DNA of 64,000 nt from an uncultured Planctomycetota bacterium. Lineage in GTDB: Bacteria > Planctomycetota > Planctomycetia > Isosphaerales > Isosphaeraceae. The stretch lies in NCBI GenBank assembly GCA_963823665.1, contig CAWGMQ010000007.1:480001-544000 (forward strand), given 5' to 3'. A model generated the notes under the pieces. That model ran no database searches, was not told the origin of the DNA, and saw only the letters and a list, made by a program, of their open reading frames with translations. Below, piece by piece: positions 41,374-52,866 of this stretch (its first letter is position 1; every line of letters starts with the position of its first letter). The translations under genes and the position numbers were made by a program.

Positions 41374-41423
41374 AAACCTCCACCGACCGCCAGACCTTGA
41401 ATCTCTCAATGAGGCTAGCGCCG

Positions 41424-42911
41424 ATGCCCGCTCGACGAACCCTACTCCTGGCCCGCCACCTCCTCGACCGCCGCAATTTCCTCGCCCACATGGCAACCGG
41501 CATGGGCGGAATTGCCCTGGGCGCTTTACTCGCCGAGGATGGGCTCCTGGCAGCAGATGACACTTCCGAATCCAAAAAGAACACGGCCGCTCCGGGTAGT
41601 CCGCTCGCATCGAGACCGCCGCATTTCCCCGCCAAAGCCACTCGCGTCCTGCACATCTTCTGCACCGGCGCCGTCAGCCATCTCGACACCTGGGATTACA
41701 AGCCCGCCCTCTGGAAGCGCGACGGCCAGCCCATGCCCGGCGTCGAGAAATTGATCACATTTCAGGGCGAAAACGGCAACCTCGCGCGCAGCCCATGGAC
41801 ATTCCGCCAGCGCGGCCAGACCGGCAAATGGGTCTCCGACCTCCTGCCGCATCTCGCCGAACGTGTCGACGAGATGTGCTTCATCCATTCGCTGACATCG
41901 AAGACCAACACGCACGGCCCGGGCGAAATGTTCATGAGCACGGGCTTCACCCTCGAAGGCTTTCCCAGCGCCGGCGCGTGGGTCAGCTACGCGCTGGGCA
42001 CCGAGAACCAGGACTTGCCCGCCTACGTCGCGATTCCCGACCCGCGCGGCGACCCGCAACAAGGTCCCGCCAACTGGACGAATGGCTTCCTGCCGGCTGT
42101 CTATCAGGGCACCGCGTTCAACGCCGGCCGGCCAATCAGCCATCTGGCGCGGCCAAAACAAATCTCGCCCGGCGACGATGTCGCCGCCCGTGATTTCCTC
42201 AGCTTGCTCAACGATCTGCACCTGAAGCAGAACCCGGGCGACGCCGAGCTTTCAGCGAGGATCGCCGCCTACGAGCTCGCCGGCCGGATGCAGCAAAGCG
42301 CTCCCGAAGTCGGCAACCTCTCGCAAGTAAGCCCGGCGACGCAGGCGCTCTACGGGCTCAATTCCCCCAACCCGCTCACCGCCGCCTTCGGCCGGAACTG
42401 TTTGCTGGCGCGCCGTCTTCTCGAGCGCGGCGTGCGATTCGTCACGCTCTACAACGGTGCCTTTGCCATGGGCGAAGGCGTGCTCAACTGGGACGGCCAC
42501 CGCCGCATCCAGTCCGATTACAACCGTCACGCCCCGATCCTCGACCAACCCGCCGCAGCCCTCTTGATCGACATGAAGAGCCGCGGCCTGCTCGACGACA
42601 CCCTGGTCGTCTGGACCACCGAATTCGGCCGCATGCCGACATTCCAGAAGGGAACTCAAGGCCGCGACCATAACCCGAAAGGCTTCACCGCCTGGCTCGC
42701 CGGCGCAGGCGTCAAGCGCGGCTTCAGCTTCGGTGCAACCGACGAATTCGGCTATCAAGCCTTGGAAAACGTGGTCGACGTCCACGACTTCCACGCAACC
42801 ATCCTGCACCTGCTCGGCCTCGATCACACCAGGTTGACCTACAACCACAACGGCACATCCCGCCGACTCACCGACGTGCACGGTCACGTTATCAAGGACG
42901 TGCTGGCGTAG
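41424..42911 (+). CDS. DUF1501 domain protein (Tat signal)
   Basis: [34 protein letters not shown] and GRDHNP motifs. Confidence 0.93.
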   Translation: MPARRTLLLARHLLDRRNFLAHMATGMGGIALGALLAEDGLLAADDTSESKKNTAAPGSPLASRPPHFPAKATRVLHIFCTGAVSHLDTWDYKPALWKRDGQPMPGVEKLITFQGENGNLARSPWTFRQRGQTGKWVSDLLPHLAERVDEMCFIHSLTSKTNTHGPGEMFMSTGFTLEGFPSAGAWVSYALGTENQDLPAYVAIPDPRGDPQQGPANWTNGFLPAVYQGTAFNAGRPISHLARPKQISPGDDVAARDFLSLLNDLHLKQNPGDAELSARIAAYELAGRMQQSAPEVGNLSQVSPATQALYGLNSPNPLTAAFGRNCLLARRLLERGVRFVTLYNGAFAMGEGVLNWDGHRRIQSDYNRHAPILDQPAAALLIDMKSRGLLDDTLVVWTTEFGRMPTFQKGTQGRDHNPKGFTAWLAGAGVKRGFSFGATDEFGYQALENVVDVHDFHATILHLLGLDHTRLTYNHNGTSRRLTDVHGHVIKDVLA

Positions 42912-42915
42912 CAGT

Positions 42916-45100
42916 TCAATTCCCAAACTCTTCCTGGACGGTCGACTTATCATCGACCAGCACGAACGACTCGAACTTGGCCGTGAATGTTCTCTTCGAC
43001 AAGTTCGAGGCGCACAGCCCGACTTTCACCTTGGACGGATAATCCAGCGTGAAGTCATGGAAAACCCCCAGGCTACGCCCGTCATCAAAGCTGAACAGAC
43101 ACGTGAACTTATCCCCATTTCGCACGACGAACAGGATCATCGGCGCTTTCGGATCGCCGGGCAGCGGGATATAAGCATATGCGATCTCCTGGCCGTGGCG
43201 CACCACCTCGACCAGAAGCTCGCGGTACTGCAATACCCCCTTCGCCCGGCAGGCTCGCTCCAGCCGCAGGAAGTTTTCTTTGTCTTGATAGATCAATATC
43301 CCGGCGGACTGGTGGCAGATCCCAAGGCTCCGCCCCCGCGGATCCTTGATCGCATCGAGCCCCGGATTGATATCGCCGCTCACCTCGACGAACGCCGCGA
43401 AATCGCCCACGACCTCCGCGAGTGTCCGAGGCGCGTTGTGCACCGGCTTCTTTTGCTGCGTCTGCACCTTCGGCGAAAGGCTGAAGGCCTGATTCGCCGG
43501 AATCGAGATCGTGACCAGATGCTTTCCGCGATCCTTCGTCAAGCTGCATTCGTTCTCTTCCTTCGAGCCGGCTTTCTCGACGAGCGGCCCGAGCTTCGCG
43601 AGGCTCTTGCCTTCAAGACGGTTCCGCAGCTCCTCGATTCGACCGCCGTCCGAGATCGGCCCTTTCTGAACTGGCAGAAGCCACGACCGCGGCGGCGAGA
43701 GAATCGTTTTGCCTCCTTGGTCCACGTGCGAAGTTTGGATCAGTACTTTGCGTGCATCGGGGCCATTCTGCCCCAACGAGACGTGAATCTGCCCCTTGGC
43801 CATCCCGTTCTCGACGCTGAGATCGGCCGACGCGGCTCCTTCGATCGCCGGCCAGCTTCCGTCGGCAAGCGGGGCAGATGTTCGCCCCTGTGCCGGTGCA
43901 ATCAACACCTTCACACTCTTGATGCGCCGGTTCGGGTCGACGAGTTGGACCTTCACTTGCAGCTCGGGCGTCGGCGAGTTGTCCGTCATGTTAAAAAGCC
44001 GCATCGCCCCCACTCGCCCCGCCAGCACCCCGCGCAAGTCAGCCGCCGGAATCGCAAAGCCGATGTTGGCACCTTCCAGCTTCGCAACGGCCACTCCCAG
44101 CAGCCGCCCCTGCTCATCAACCAGTGGTCCCCCGCTGTTTCCCGGATGCAGCGCTCCGTCCAGCTTGAGCGAGACAAGCTGCCCATGCTCGTCGTTCATC
44201 AGGCTCGATATCGTTCCCCCCGCAACCGAGATCGGCGGGTTCCCCTTGTTGAGGTTGAGCAGATCAGCGTACGGAAACCCATAAACCGAGTATTTCATCT
44301 GTAACGACGGAACGGTCGGAACCGCCGGATCAATCGGCTTGACCGCCTTCTTGAGCCCTCGCACCCGCAAGATGGCCAGGTCGTGGTTCAGCTCGCGCGA
44401 GTAGTCCATCGCCACGATCTCCGCCGGCAGCGACTCCTCAAACGCCGGTCCCTGCCCGCTGCGGAAAACCGCCGTGATGTCGGCTTTCCCGCCGTCATCC
44501 GTTTCCGCATCGGCAACGTGCCGGTTGGTCGCCAGCAGAACCGCGTCTTTCTCGGCCCTGATCACAAACCCGCTGCCGCCGCCGATGAGCATGCCGTGAC
44601 TCGAGAGCTTCAGGTAAACCGTGGCGTCTTCGAGCGCCTTCTTGCGCCGCGCCGCGGCGTCCGCGTGTTCTTGCTCGATCGTGACCGGCGGCGGCACCGG
44701 CGGTGGCACCGGAGTGCGGTCCGGCGGGGGGATGACCTCTTGTTTCACTTCAAGTTGCGGCTTGTCGCTTTGCCTGGATGGGATGCGCACGACCACGACT
44801 ACCAGAAGCAAAGCGCAAACCCCGCCGATTCCGATGGCCGCGTAAACCGCGGGCGAAGTTGCGCATCGGCTCGGGTTGTGCCGATCGTCGTGTGGAGGCC
44901 AGCGGCAGCGGCCGAACGGCGGCCGTGCGATCTTCTTCGAGCATCGCCGCGAGCGTCCCCGTCGACTGCGCCGCCCCGGATTTCGGGGCCGCCACGAGGA
45001 ATGGTTGATGACATCCCGCACACTTGACGCGCTGACCGCGCATCGCTTCAGGAAGCGTGCCGCGTTTCTCACAGAATGGACAGGTGACGGGAATGCGCAT
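42916..45100 (-). CDS. Zinc-ribbon/TM-anchored trypsin-like serine protease with C-terminal DUF1349-like beta-sandwich; frameshift near 44890
   Basis: CPFC...CAGC N-terminus in an adjacent frame; GSGF, TNRHV, DLAIL and PGNSGGP give an intact triad. Confidence 0.85.
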
Positions 45101-45349
45101 CACACACCTCCTCGATGATCCTCGGGCGACTCTTGGTCGAACCAACACGTGATATGGCTAGGTACGCACCGGTTCGAGATTCCTTTCGCCGTGATGTGCG
45201 GAAGTCGGAAAAAAAGCTGACGGTGACGTCAATGTCAGCGCGTGGCGACGGTAGCACAGCCGGAGCCTCGCACCGCCTTCCGATTTTCAGTAAGCTTTCG
45301 AGAGGTTTGACCTATCAGAAAGGAAAGCAGCTTTCGGAGGGCCAGCTCA

Positions 45350-46058
45350 ATGGCGGAACCAGAGCCCGCGACTTGCCCGCGCTGCGGCGCCCCACTCTCG
45401 GCCGACGGCCCGGCCGGACCCTGCCCGCGCTGCCTCGTGGCTGACACCCAGGCTGAGAAGGCAGAAATCCCACCCGTCAGTCCGTCATCCCCGAAACGGG
45501 CGCGCCGCAAGCCGATCCTGCTTTTTGCAGTCGCGGCCGCCGTGCTCGCCGCGGGTCTCTGGTTCGGTCTCAGGTGGGCGCGGCAGCAGCCTGACGGCGC
45601 CGGAGTCCTTCTCAACCGCGGCGCCGACTTGCGTCGCGAGGGGAAGCTGGACGAGGCGATCGCCGCGTACCGTGAAGCGATCCGCCTCAAGCCCGACTTC
45701 GCCTACCCGTACGACAACCTCGGCACCGCCCTACGAGCGCAGGGGAAGCTGGACGAGGCGATCGCCGCCTACCGTGAAGCGATTCGCCTCGATCCAAAGC
45801 GTGACTACGACGAAGCCCTGGTGCTTTCCCGCAAAAGGGCGTCGAGCTCAAGGCAGAGGAGGGAAGCGCCTACCGGACGCTGGCGCTGGTGCACCGGCAG
45901 CAAGGTGACAAGGACCAGGCCCGCAACTGGTTCGACAAGGCCGTCGCGTGGACCAAGGAGAACGCCCCGAGAACATCGGCCTGCGCCAGCTCTGGACCGA
46001 AGCGGCCCAGTTGCTGGGCCAGCCGGGGCCGGAGGCCGCCGCCGAGAAACCGCGTTGA
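45350..46058 (+). pseudogene. TPR protein resembling a Ser/Thr kinase-TPR gene with the kinase domain missing
   Basis: CPRCG...CPRCL N-terminus, TM helix, two GKLDEAIAAYREAIRL repeats, frameshifted C-terminal DQARNWFDKA...EAAQLLG. Confidence 0.65.
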
Positions 46059-46339
46059 GTGACGATCGACGGCTCGCCGAACGGCAAGGAGCATCACCGC
46101 ACCGAGCCGGCTCCGACGTGATCTGCTGTAGGAGGGAGCTCCGTCTCCCGACCCGATCACATGATCTGCCCTATATTCCGGCTATTACGCAACCGGGCGG
46201 GAAACCTTACAAGGCCACGCTGGTTTTTGCGGGGCATTGCGGTCGTGCAATGGCTGCCCCGCGATCCTAGTCGTCTTGATAATTACCTTTAACGGTACGA
46301 CCGTGGCCTGAGAAGCTGGCGAGGCAATAAGGAAACAAT

Positions 46340-46781
46340 ATGCCCAAGCAATCAAAGGCAGGTAAGATGATCCGGCAGATCCGCAGGCGATGGCCCTGCG
46401 ACGACGGCGCTGGACCTGGAACGCCTCAGGGAGACAATGCGCCGCGCTGTCCGAACGGACGATATACCGGAGTTGAAAGGAACTGAAGCTCCGGTCTGCC
46501 GCGACGCGTCGGGCAATCTACCCGTAAGACGGCTAGGACCGATGCGTCGGGCCATTTTGGAAGCGCTCGACGATCACAAAATGACGCGATACGAATTATG
46601 GAAGAAGGCCCGCGCCCATTGCGGCACGCTGTCGCGGTCGGCAGTCCATGAATATTTAAGGGGCGCCAGGGACATTGGGGTCGAATACGCCGAAGCCTTG
46701 ATGATGGCTGCAAATTTGAAAGTCGTTGGACAAAGCCGGGCCAGACCGAAGGGACCGAGCGCAGGTCGCCTGAAAGCGTAA
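46340..46781 (+). CDS. Orphan paralogue of the 40891 HTH antitoxin, frameshift near 46390
   Basis: MTRYELWKKARAHCGTLSRSAVHEYLRG...YAEALMMA closely matches 40891-41373. Confidence 0.72.
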
Positions 46782-46784
46782 CGC

Positions 46785-46865
46785 TATTTTCTCCGGGCAG
46801 AGGCCCTGCGCTGCATTGGCAGGTATTTCCTGCCCACAATCTGGACAGCGCTCATTCTCCGCCAT
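46785..46865 (-). pseudogene. N-terminal stub of a Ser/Thr kinase gene
   Basis: MAENERCPDCGQEIPANAAQGLCP resembles [15 protein letters not shown] at 52712; follows the ECF sigma gene. Confidence 0.6.
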
Positions 46866-46951
46866 CAGAAAGCCCCCTGCGCAGACTTCGGGTGGACCGC
46901 TTCCCCCCAGTACGCATCGTTGCGGAAAACCTTACAGCGCCATCACGGAAT

Positions 46952-47689
46952 TCATCGCCGCATTGCCGCGAACAGGTCGCGGATCTCGTCATCGATCTGC
47001 GCCGGGTCGTCAAGCGTGGCGGCGATCTGGTCCTTGAGGATCTCACGGTAACGCTTGCGGAGCTGATGGGTTGCGCCGTGCACGGCCCCCTCGGTCGTTC
47101 CCAGCCGTTCGGCCAGCGTTGCGGCCGAAACAGCTCCGTTGCCCTCGGTCAACACGACCTTGAGATGCGCGAATGCTTCGGCTCGGCCGGATTCGGCGTA
47201 TTCGCCAGCCAGCAGGTCGAGGACTCGGCCGAGCAGCGTGACGGCCCAGGCACGCTCGAACAGCCGGTCTGGCGTCATCGTGTCATCCGGCTCGAATCGG
47301 TAACGGCTTTCTGCGTCTTGCGCGTCGATCGAGATCAGGCCGATTTCGCCACCGCGCTGAATCGCCTTGGCGCGGCGGTGCTCGCTGATCAGGAAGTGTT
47401 CGCAGTCGGTTCAAATGAAAGAGCGAAAGCGTCCCTTGCGAGGGTCGGCCGCGGCGAGCACCGGCTTCTCCAGCAGCCGGGCGAAATAGCTCTGGGCCAA
47501 GTCCTGCGACTTCTCGGCGTCGTTTCCTTTCCGTCGGATGAACACATAGATGGGGTACCAGTACGCCGAGCACAACTCGGCCAGGGCCGACCGGGCTTCG
47601 GGCGTCGCCAGATCGGCCGCCGCGACGACTTTGCTCCATCGAGTTGATGGGAACTCCGATGGCGCACCGTTTGGACTGGGATTCACCAT
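46952..47689 (-). CDS. ECF sigma factor of the kinase-associated type, frameshift near 47410
   Basis: FPSTRWS, ALAELCSAYWYPIY, GRFRSF, then PDRLFERAWA and LRKRYRE...DDEIRDLF. Confidence 0.88.
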
Positions 47690-47961
47690 GAGCGTCTCCA
47701 CCATACTTGAATGCCGTACGGCGCACGAACGACGCCGGGACGGGATTTCTGAGATGGCGATCGGGTATTGTGCCGGCATCATTGCCCGTTCACGGTCATC
47801 GTTCAGCGTATCGCCTTCGATTCGCCCGAACAAGAAACTTATTCGGGCGGGCTAAGATACAGGAATCTCGCACGTTGATCATAGTGGCAAGACCGCATTT
47901 TCTGCGTGGATGGATGAGACGACGGACGGATTATCCTCGTTCCAAAGCAAGGAGCTGTCCG

Positions 47962-48330
47962 ATGAAGCTCACGGCCGAGTTCGACCCTGATTTCGTCGCC
48001 GTGCCCCGGCCCAAGTGCCGGCGGATTCGTATCTGGCGGCTGGTGATCCTTTCCGCGCCGCTGGCCGCTCTCGCGCTGGCATTCGCAAACACGAATCCAG
48101 CGCCCGGCTCGCCGATGATTGCGCAGGCCCTCGTCCCCGCACCAGCGCGCGTCGGCCTGTCCAATTTGCAGGCAGGATCGGACTCGTCGCTCCGGTTGAC
48201 GGCGGTGCCCGGAGACCATTTCATCTGGCTGGCCAGTCCGGCGATTGATCCTGAAATGGTTCATGTTGCACCGAAAGGGATCGACGAGGAGATGGTCATA
48301 CCGGCCAGCGATGGGCGGGCGCCGCGTTGA
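47962..48330 (+). CDS. Hypothetical protein
   Basis: AAGGAG RBS, TM helix, repeated IDPEMV/IDEEMV. Confidence 0.55.
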   Translation: MKLTAEFDPDFVAVPRPKCRRIRIWRLVILSAPLAALALAFANTNPAPGSPMIAQALVPAPARVGLSNLQAGSDSSLRLTAVPGDHFIWLASPAIDPEMVHVAPKGIDEEMVIPASDGRAPR

Positions 48331-48446
48331 GGTGAACTGTGACTTCCGTTCGCGCACCGATCGTCTTTTCCGTCCCGCTCTTGAGAGTGGATAACGCGGG
48401 GGCTGATCATAATCGGTTCAGGAGGCGGATCAGCGGCCTTCGCCAA

Positions 48447-48959
48447 TTACCCATTCTGACAGTAACGTGCCGCCGCTCCGGGTCGAACCACAAATCGAGA
48501 TTGTTGTTTAGAAATGCCGGAAGTCCCAGCAACGGCACGCGGGCCCGGCGAAACCCTTTCGTCCTTATAGACGGCAATTCCTTTGGCCATCCGCAGTTGG
48601 CACGGCGGCCGGTCGCTGGCCATGTCGAGTTGGCCGGGAATGTTCGGGTGTAGCCAGACTGTCGCACGCTGGAGGGTTGCGGCCTGCCTGTTGATCTCGA
48701 TCTCCCCAAGGACCACCAATAGTCTCGGGTCGACCCCTGCCCAATCACGAAGTTGCTGCTCGCGCAGAGAGAAGTCGAAGTTGTTCCCTGTGTCTAGCAG
48801 CGCGGGAAACCTCGGAGTCTTCTCGTCCGGCTCGTGGACCCCGGCCAGGCTTACACTCAGCCACACCAGAACCTGGTCCCGGTGGAGCGTGATGTATCGA
48901 TCTCCGAATCGTAGCGACGCGCGCTTCTCGGGAATCGGCAGTCGGTCGAGGATCTTCAT
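48447..48959 (-). CDS. Retropepsin-like aspartic protease
   Basis: FPALLDTGNN motif; the LLGL psi-loop appears in an adjacent frame (probable frameshift, true end near 48407). Confidence 0.7.
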   Translation of the reverse strand: MKILDRLPIPEKRASLRFGDRYITLHRDQVLVWLSVSLAGVHEPDEKTPRFPALLDTGNNFDFSLREQQLRDWAGVDPRLLVVLGEIEINRQAATLQRATVWLHPNIPGQLDMASDRPPCQLRMAKGIAVYKDERVSPGPRAVAGTSGISKQQSRFVVRPGAAARYCQNG

Positions 48960-49411
48960 GCGGGTTCGGCGGGAGTTTCATGCGTCGCTTCGTAAAGCGA
49001 CCAATCGGATTCGAACGTACCCCAGGGAGGAATCCCGTCCGGATCAGCTTCCAACTTGCCGACGTAGAACTCCTCGTGTTTGAGTCCCCGGCGGAAACAC
49101 TCCTGATAGGCGTCGACATCCGACCGAGTAATAGCCACTCGCTCGTCGCCGTGGTATGCCGCCCACTTCTTCCGATACCGTTTGATTTTCAGGAGCTCCG
49201 GCAGGTCTCGCCAGAACGCCTTCTGCGATTGAAGCACCAGCGGTGGAATCTCCGAACACGGCTCCCTCGCGGGTCGCTCCTGCACCGCCGCGAGGCGCGC
49301 GTACACGTCGGCCCGGACCAAGACATAGGAATCGTGTGTCAAGGGATCGATTATTCGCACTGGCTCGCCGTGCGCCACTGCCTGCCGCTGCTCGGGGTCG
49401 AGTTCGATCAT
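48956..49411 (-). CDS. DUF5678-like protein coupled to the protease
   Basis: AFWRDLPELL...KWAAYHGDERV; ATGA overlap with the protease. Confidence 0.7.
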   Translation of the reverse strand: MIELDPEQRQAVAHGEPVRIIDPLTHDSYVLVRADVYARLAAVQERPAREPCSEIPPLVLQSQKAFWRDLPELLKIKRYRKKWAAYHGDERVAITRSDVDAYQECFRRGLKHEEFYVGKLEADPDGIPPWGTFESDWSLYEATHETPAEPA

Positions 49412-49472
49412 CGACGTCCTCCACCATGATCGTATCGGAAAATCAGGAATGAAACCAGATAATACGACTCCT

Positions 49473-52400
49473 CTACTTAATCACATTTCCAAGCTTCGCC
49501 TCGATCATCGTCACATCGTCCAGCAACACAAAACCCTCGAACGTCGCGGTGAACGGCGTGGCCGAAATATTGGACGCTGAGAGGCCAATCTGTACCTTCG
49601 CGGGCAGGTCCATTTCCACGTGCATGCTTGGCGCAAGCGGAGCGGTCAGATCAACGCTCGCCGTACAGATTACGCGCCCCTGGCGCCGCATCACGATCAA
49701 ATACAGCGGGCCGCTTGGCGGCGCAGATATCCTTTGAGTCTCGGCCGGATTGCCGTTCTTCACGACTTCAAGCAAGACCTTATGACTCGGCTGGATCGAC
49801 CCGAGACTCACGCGTGCCGATCTCTCGAACCGGACGAAGTTGTCCTTGTCCTGGTACAAGAGCAAGCCTGCTCCTTGCACGGTCGCGGAGACGGTGTTGC
49901 CTTGCGAATCCTCCGGCGGAGTGAGGCTGGGACTCATCTCCCCAGTCACTTCGACAACGGCGGCGAAGTCGCCATCGACATCGGTCAAGATCATCGGGGC
50001 ATTCTGGAGCGGCTTCGTATTGTCCAGCGGCGAGACGATGTCGCGATCGAGGGTGTGCAACTTGTTGCCGGGGATCTCAATCGCGAACGTGTGGCTCGCT
50101 TCGTCCTTCTTGAGGACGCAATCTTTTTCGGGATCGATCATTTGTCCCAGCAGGGCAAAGCTCGCGTGTCGGCCGCCCTCTAGAATTCGCTCCAGAGACG
50201 CGCCGATCGGATAGAGCCGGCCAGGCTTGCGCCGCAGGTAGTACGCCTGGGGCTTCGAGCAAACAATCTGGCCGCTCTGGTACCGCTGCGCTGTCTGAAT
50301 CAGGCACTGCGCCGCGCGTGTGCTCTGTCCGCCCAGGATGAGCGGGACACGCCCCGATGCGGATGCCGTATTCGGGTCGTGCGCAAGCTCAATGCCTTCC
50401 GTATTGCGGAGCGACGGCCATGAACCATCGCTGTAAGGAGTGGCCGGCTCGCCATCGGCCGCGCCGGCAACATGCACCAACACAGCCTTCACCTGACCCT
50501 TGGGGTCGACGAGCTCGGCTTTCACGCGAAGTTCCGCTTTTCCTGGAGCCGCAGATTCAAGCGAGACGTCGAGAGCACCCACGCGCCCGGACAGCGCACG
50601 GCGGACCTCGTCGGCCGGAATCAAGAACCCGAGGGATTCGTTCGACCCGGCCTTGGTCAATGCCACACCGATCGATTCACCCGGCTTGCCCGCTTGGCTG
50701 ACCGCGACACCGATCAGCGTGCCGGTCCGTTCCTCGACGATCGGGCCGGCGCCATCACCCGCGGCGAGGCCCTCGTCGATTCGAATCGACGTGAGCCCAC
50801 CGCGCTCGCCGCGCAGCAGCTCCGTTATCGCCCCGCGGACGACCGCGATTGACGGATTGCCCTTGGCATCCGTCGCCGGCTTCCGCAGGCTGACCGACGC
50901 GCTGCCCGCGCCCAGGTAGGTCATGCCCACCGTTGGGTCAAGGCGATTGAGCACGTTGATCGGCAAGGGTGGGTGCTTCACGCCCTTGACGATCAAGAAG
51001 GCCAGTTGTGTGCCGAGGTCATCCGACCGATCAACGGCGATCAAACGCGCAGGCAGCGTTTGCTCCTGCGCAGGCCCCTGGCCGCTCAGGAAGAAGGCCT
51101 CGATCTCTGGCTTGCTGTCTGCTTGCGGACGCAGTTTGGCATTTGCCTCCGGATCGAGCGCCGCGACGCGCCGGCTCGTCACCAGCAGCACGGAATCTCC
51201 GGTGACCTCGATCACAAATCCCGTGCCGGCTGCGAGCGTCTTGCCCCCGACCTGGTTTCTCAGATAGACGGTCGCTTCCTTGATCCGGCGCACCTGGTCC
51301 GCGACTCGCTCAAGCTCGGCCCGTGCGACCTGCTCGGCCTTCTGTGCCCGCACGGTCTGCTCGTTCGCCAGTTTCTCGGCCTCGAGCGCCCGGTTTCGCT
51401 CGGCCTGGGCGGCGAGCTCGGCCCGCGTCGCGCGGAACGCCTGCCAAAGGCTGACCGCCGTCGCCACCACCAGCAGCGCGGCAAACGCCGCGGCGGCGAT
51501 GAGCCACGGCCGGTATTTCCGGGCGAACTTCCGCAGACGGTAAGTGGTCGACGGCGGCCCGGCCTCGACGGGATCACCCGCCAGGTAGCGCTGGATGTCG
51601 CGGGCCAGAGCGCTCGCGGTCTCGTAGCGGCGCACGCGGTCTTTCTCGAGCGCCCGCATCGCGATCCAGTCCAGCTCCCCGCGCACCAGATCGAGCCAGC
51701 TTCGCCGGCTCCATCTTCCGCTGCGCCGAGATGGTGGCAAGGGAGTCTTTCATCTCGCTCAAGCGTGTGCTCGGCCTGGGGGTGTCGTCATCGCGAATCC
51801 GCCGCAGGATCTCGATATAGGCGGCTTGCCGCAGCCGGGCTCGCTGAAGCGGCGTGCTGCCGGTCAGCAGCTCGTAAAGAACCACTCCCAGCGAGTAAAT
51901 GTCGCTGCGCGAGTCGATGTCGAGCGCGCCCATCTCGGCCTGCTCGGGGCTCATGTACTCCAGCGTGCCGACGATCTGGCCAAACTGGGTGAACATCGTC
52001 CGCTCGGTCAATCGCTGGTCGGTCGCCTTCGCCACACCGAAGTCGATCACCTTGGCCACCGGCTTGCCGTCGTAGAGCGTCACCAGCACGTTCGACGGTT
52101 TGATATCGCGGTGGATGATTCCCTTCTGATGCGCGTGCTGGATCGCGTTACAAACCGGGATGAAAAGCTCCAGCCGCTCTTTGGGAGTGAGTTGGTTGCG
52201 GTCGCAATACTCGGTGATCGGAACACCCCGCACCAGTTCCATCACGAAGTACGGGCGGCCAACCGCCCCCCCTTGGGAAGGGGGGGGGGGTGGCGCCGGC
52301 ATCCAGCACCTTGGCGATGTGCTGGTGGTCCATGAGCGCCAGCGCCTGGCGCTCGGCCTCGAATCGGGCGATCACCTGCGCCGTGTCCATACCGGGCTTG

Positions 52401-52712
52401 ATGATCTTGAGGGCGACCCGCCGTCGAACCGGCTTTTCCTGCTCGGCCATGTAGACGACGCCCATGCCGCCCTCGCCGATTTCCTGCAAGAGCTTGTACG
52501 GGCCGATGTGTGACCCGGGACCTTCGGTAATCGAGTGAGGCGCTGTTGAATCCCGATCGCCGCGCGGAACTGGCGGGCGCCCCATCGCCGTCTGACGGAC
52601 TCGCGGCTTCGCGTTCGGTCGGCAGCTCCAGCAAACCCGTGGGCGCATCAACCGGCCGGGCGCTCGGAGGTAGTTCCCGGCCGCAGGATGGGCAGCGCTC
52701 GTTGTCCGGCAT
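49473..52712 (-). CDS. Ser/Thr kinase fused to a degenerate trypsin-like domain and a DUF1349-like domain; three frameshifts
   Basis: [34 protein letters not shown] and SDIYSLG spread over ORFs 52148-52651, 51574-52302 and 49473-51740; C-terminal half paralogous to 42916-45100. Confidence 0.87.
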
Positions 52713-52866
52713 CAAAAACCCCCGTTTGATTCTCGCACGGACCGAAGCCGATGCCACTATCTGAGCATAACCCGGGAACAGCTTCACCGAAACCAATTTG
52801 CTTGGATCTTGCGATTCCGTGCCCACCGCGTGATAGTTGCGTCATTCGCACGAACAAAAACCGGAG

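Noticed and set aside
43057..44304. Long antisense ORFs (also 29329-30300, 50973-51992, 57349-58284)
   Set aside because: Shadow frames of well-supported genes in high-GC DNA, with no motifs of their own.
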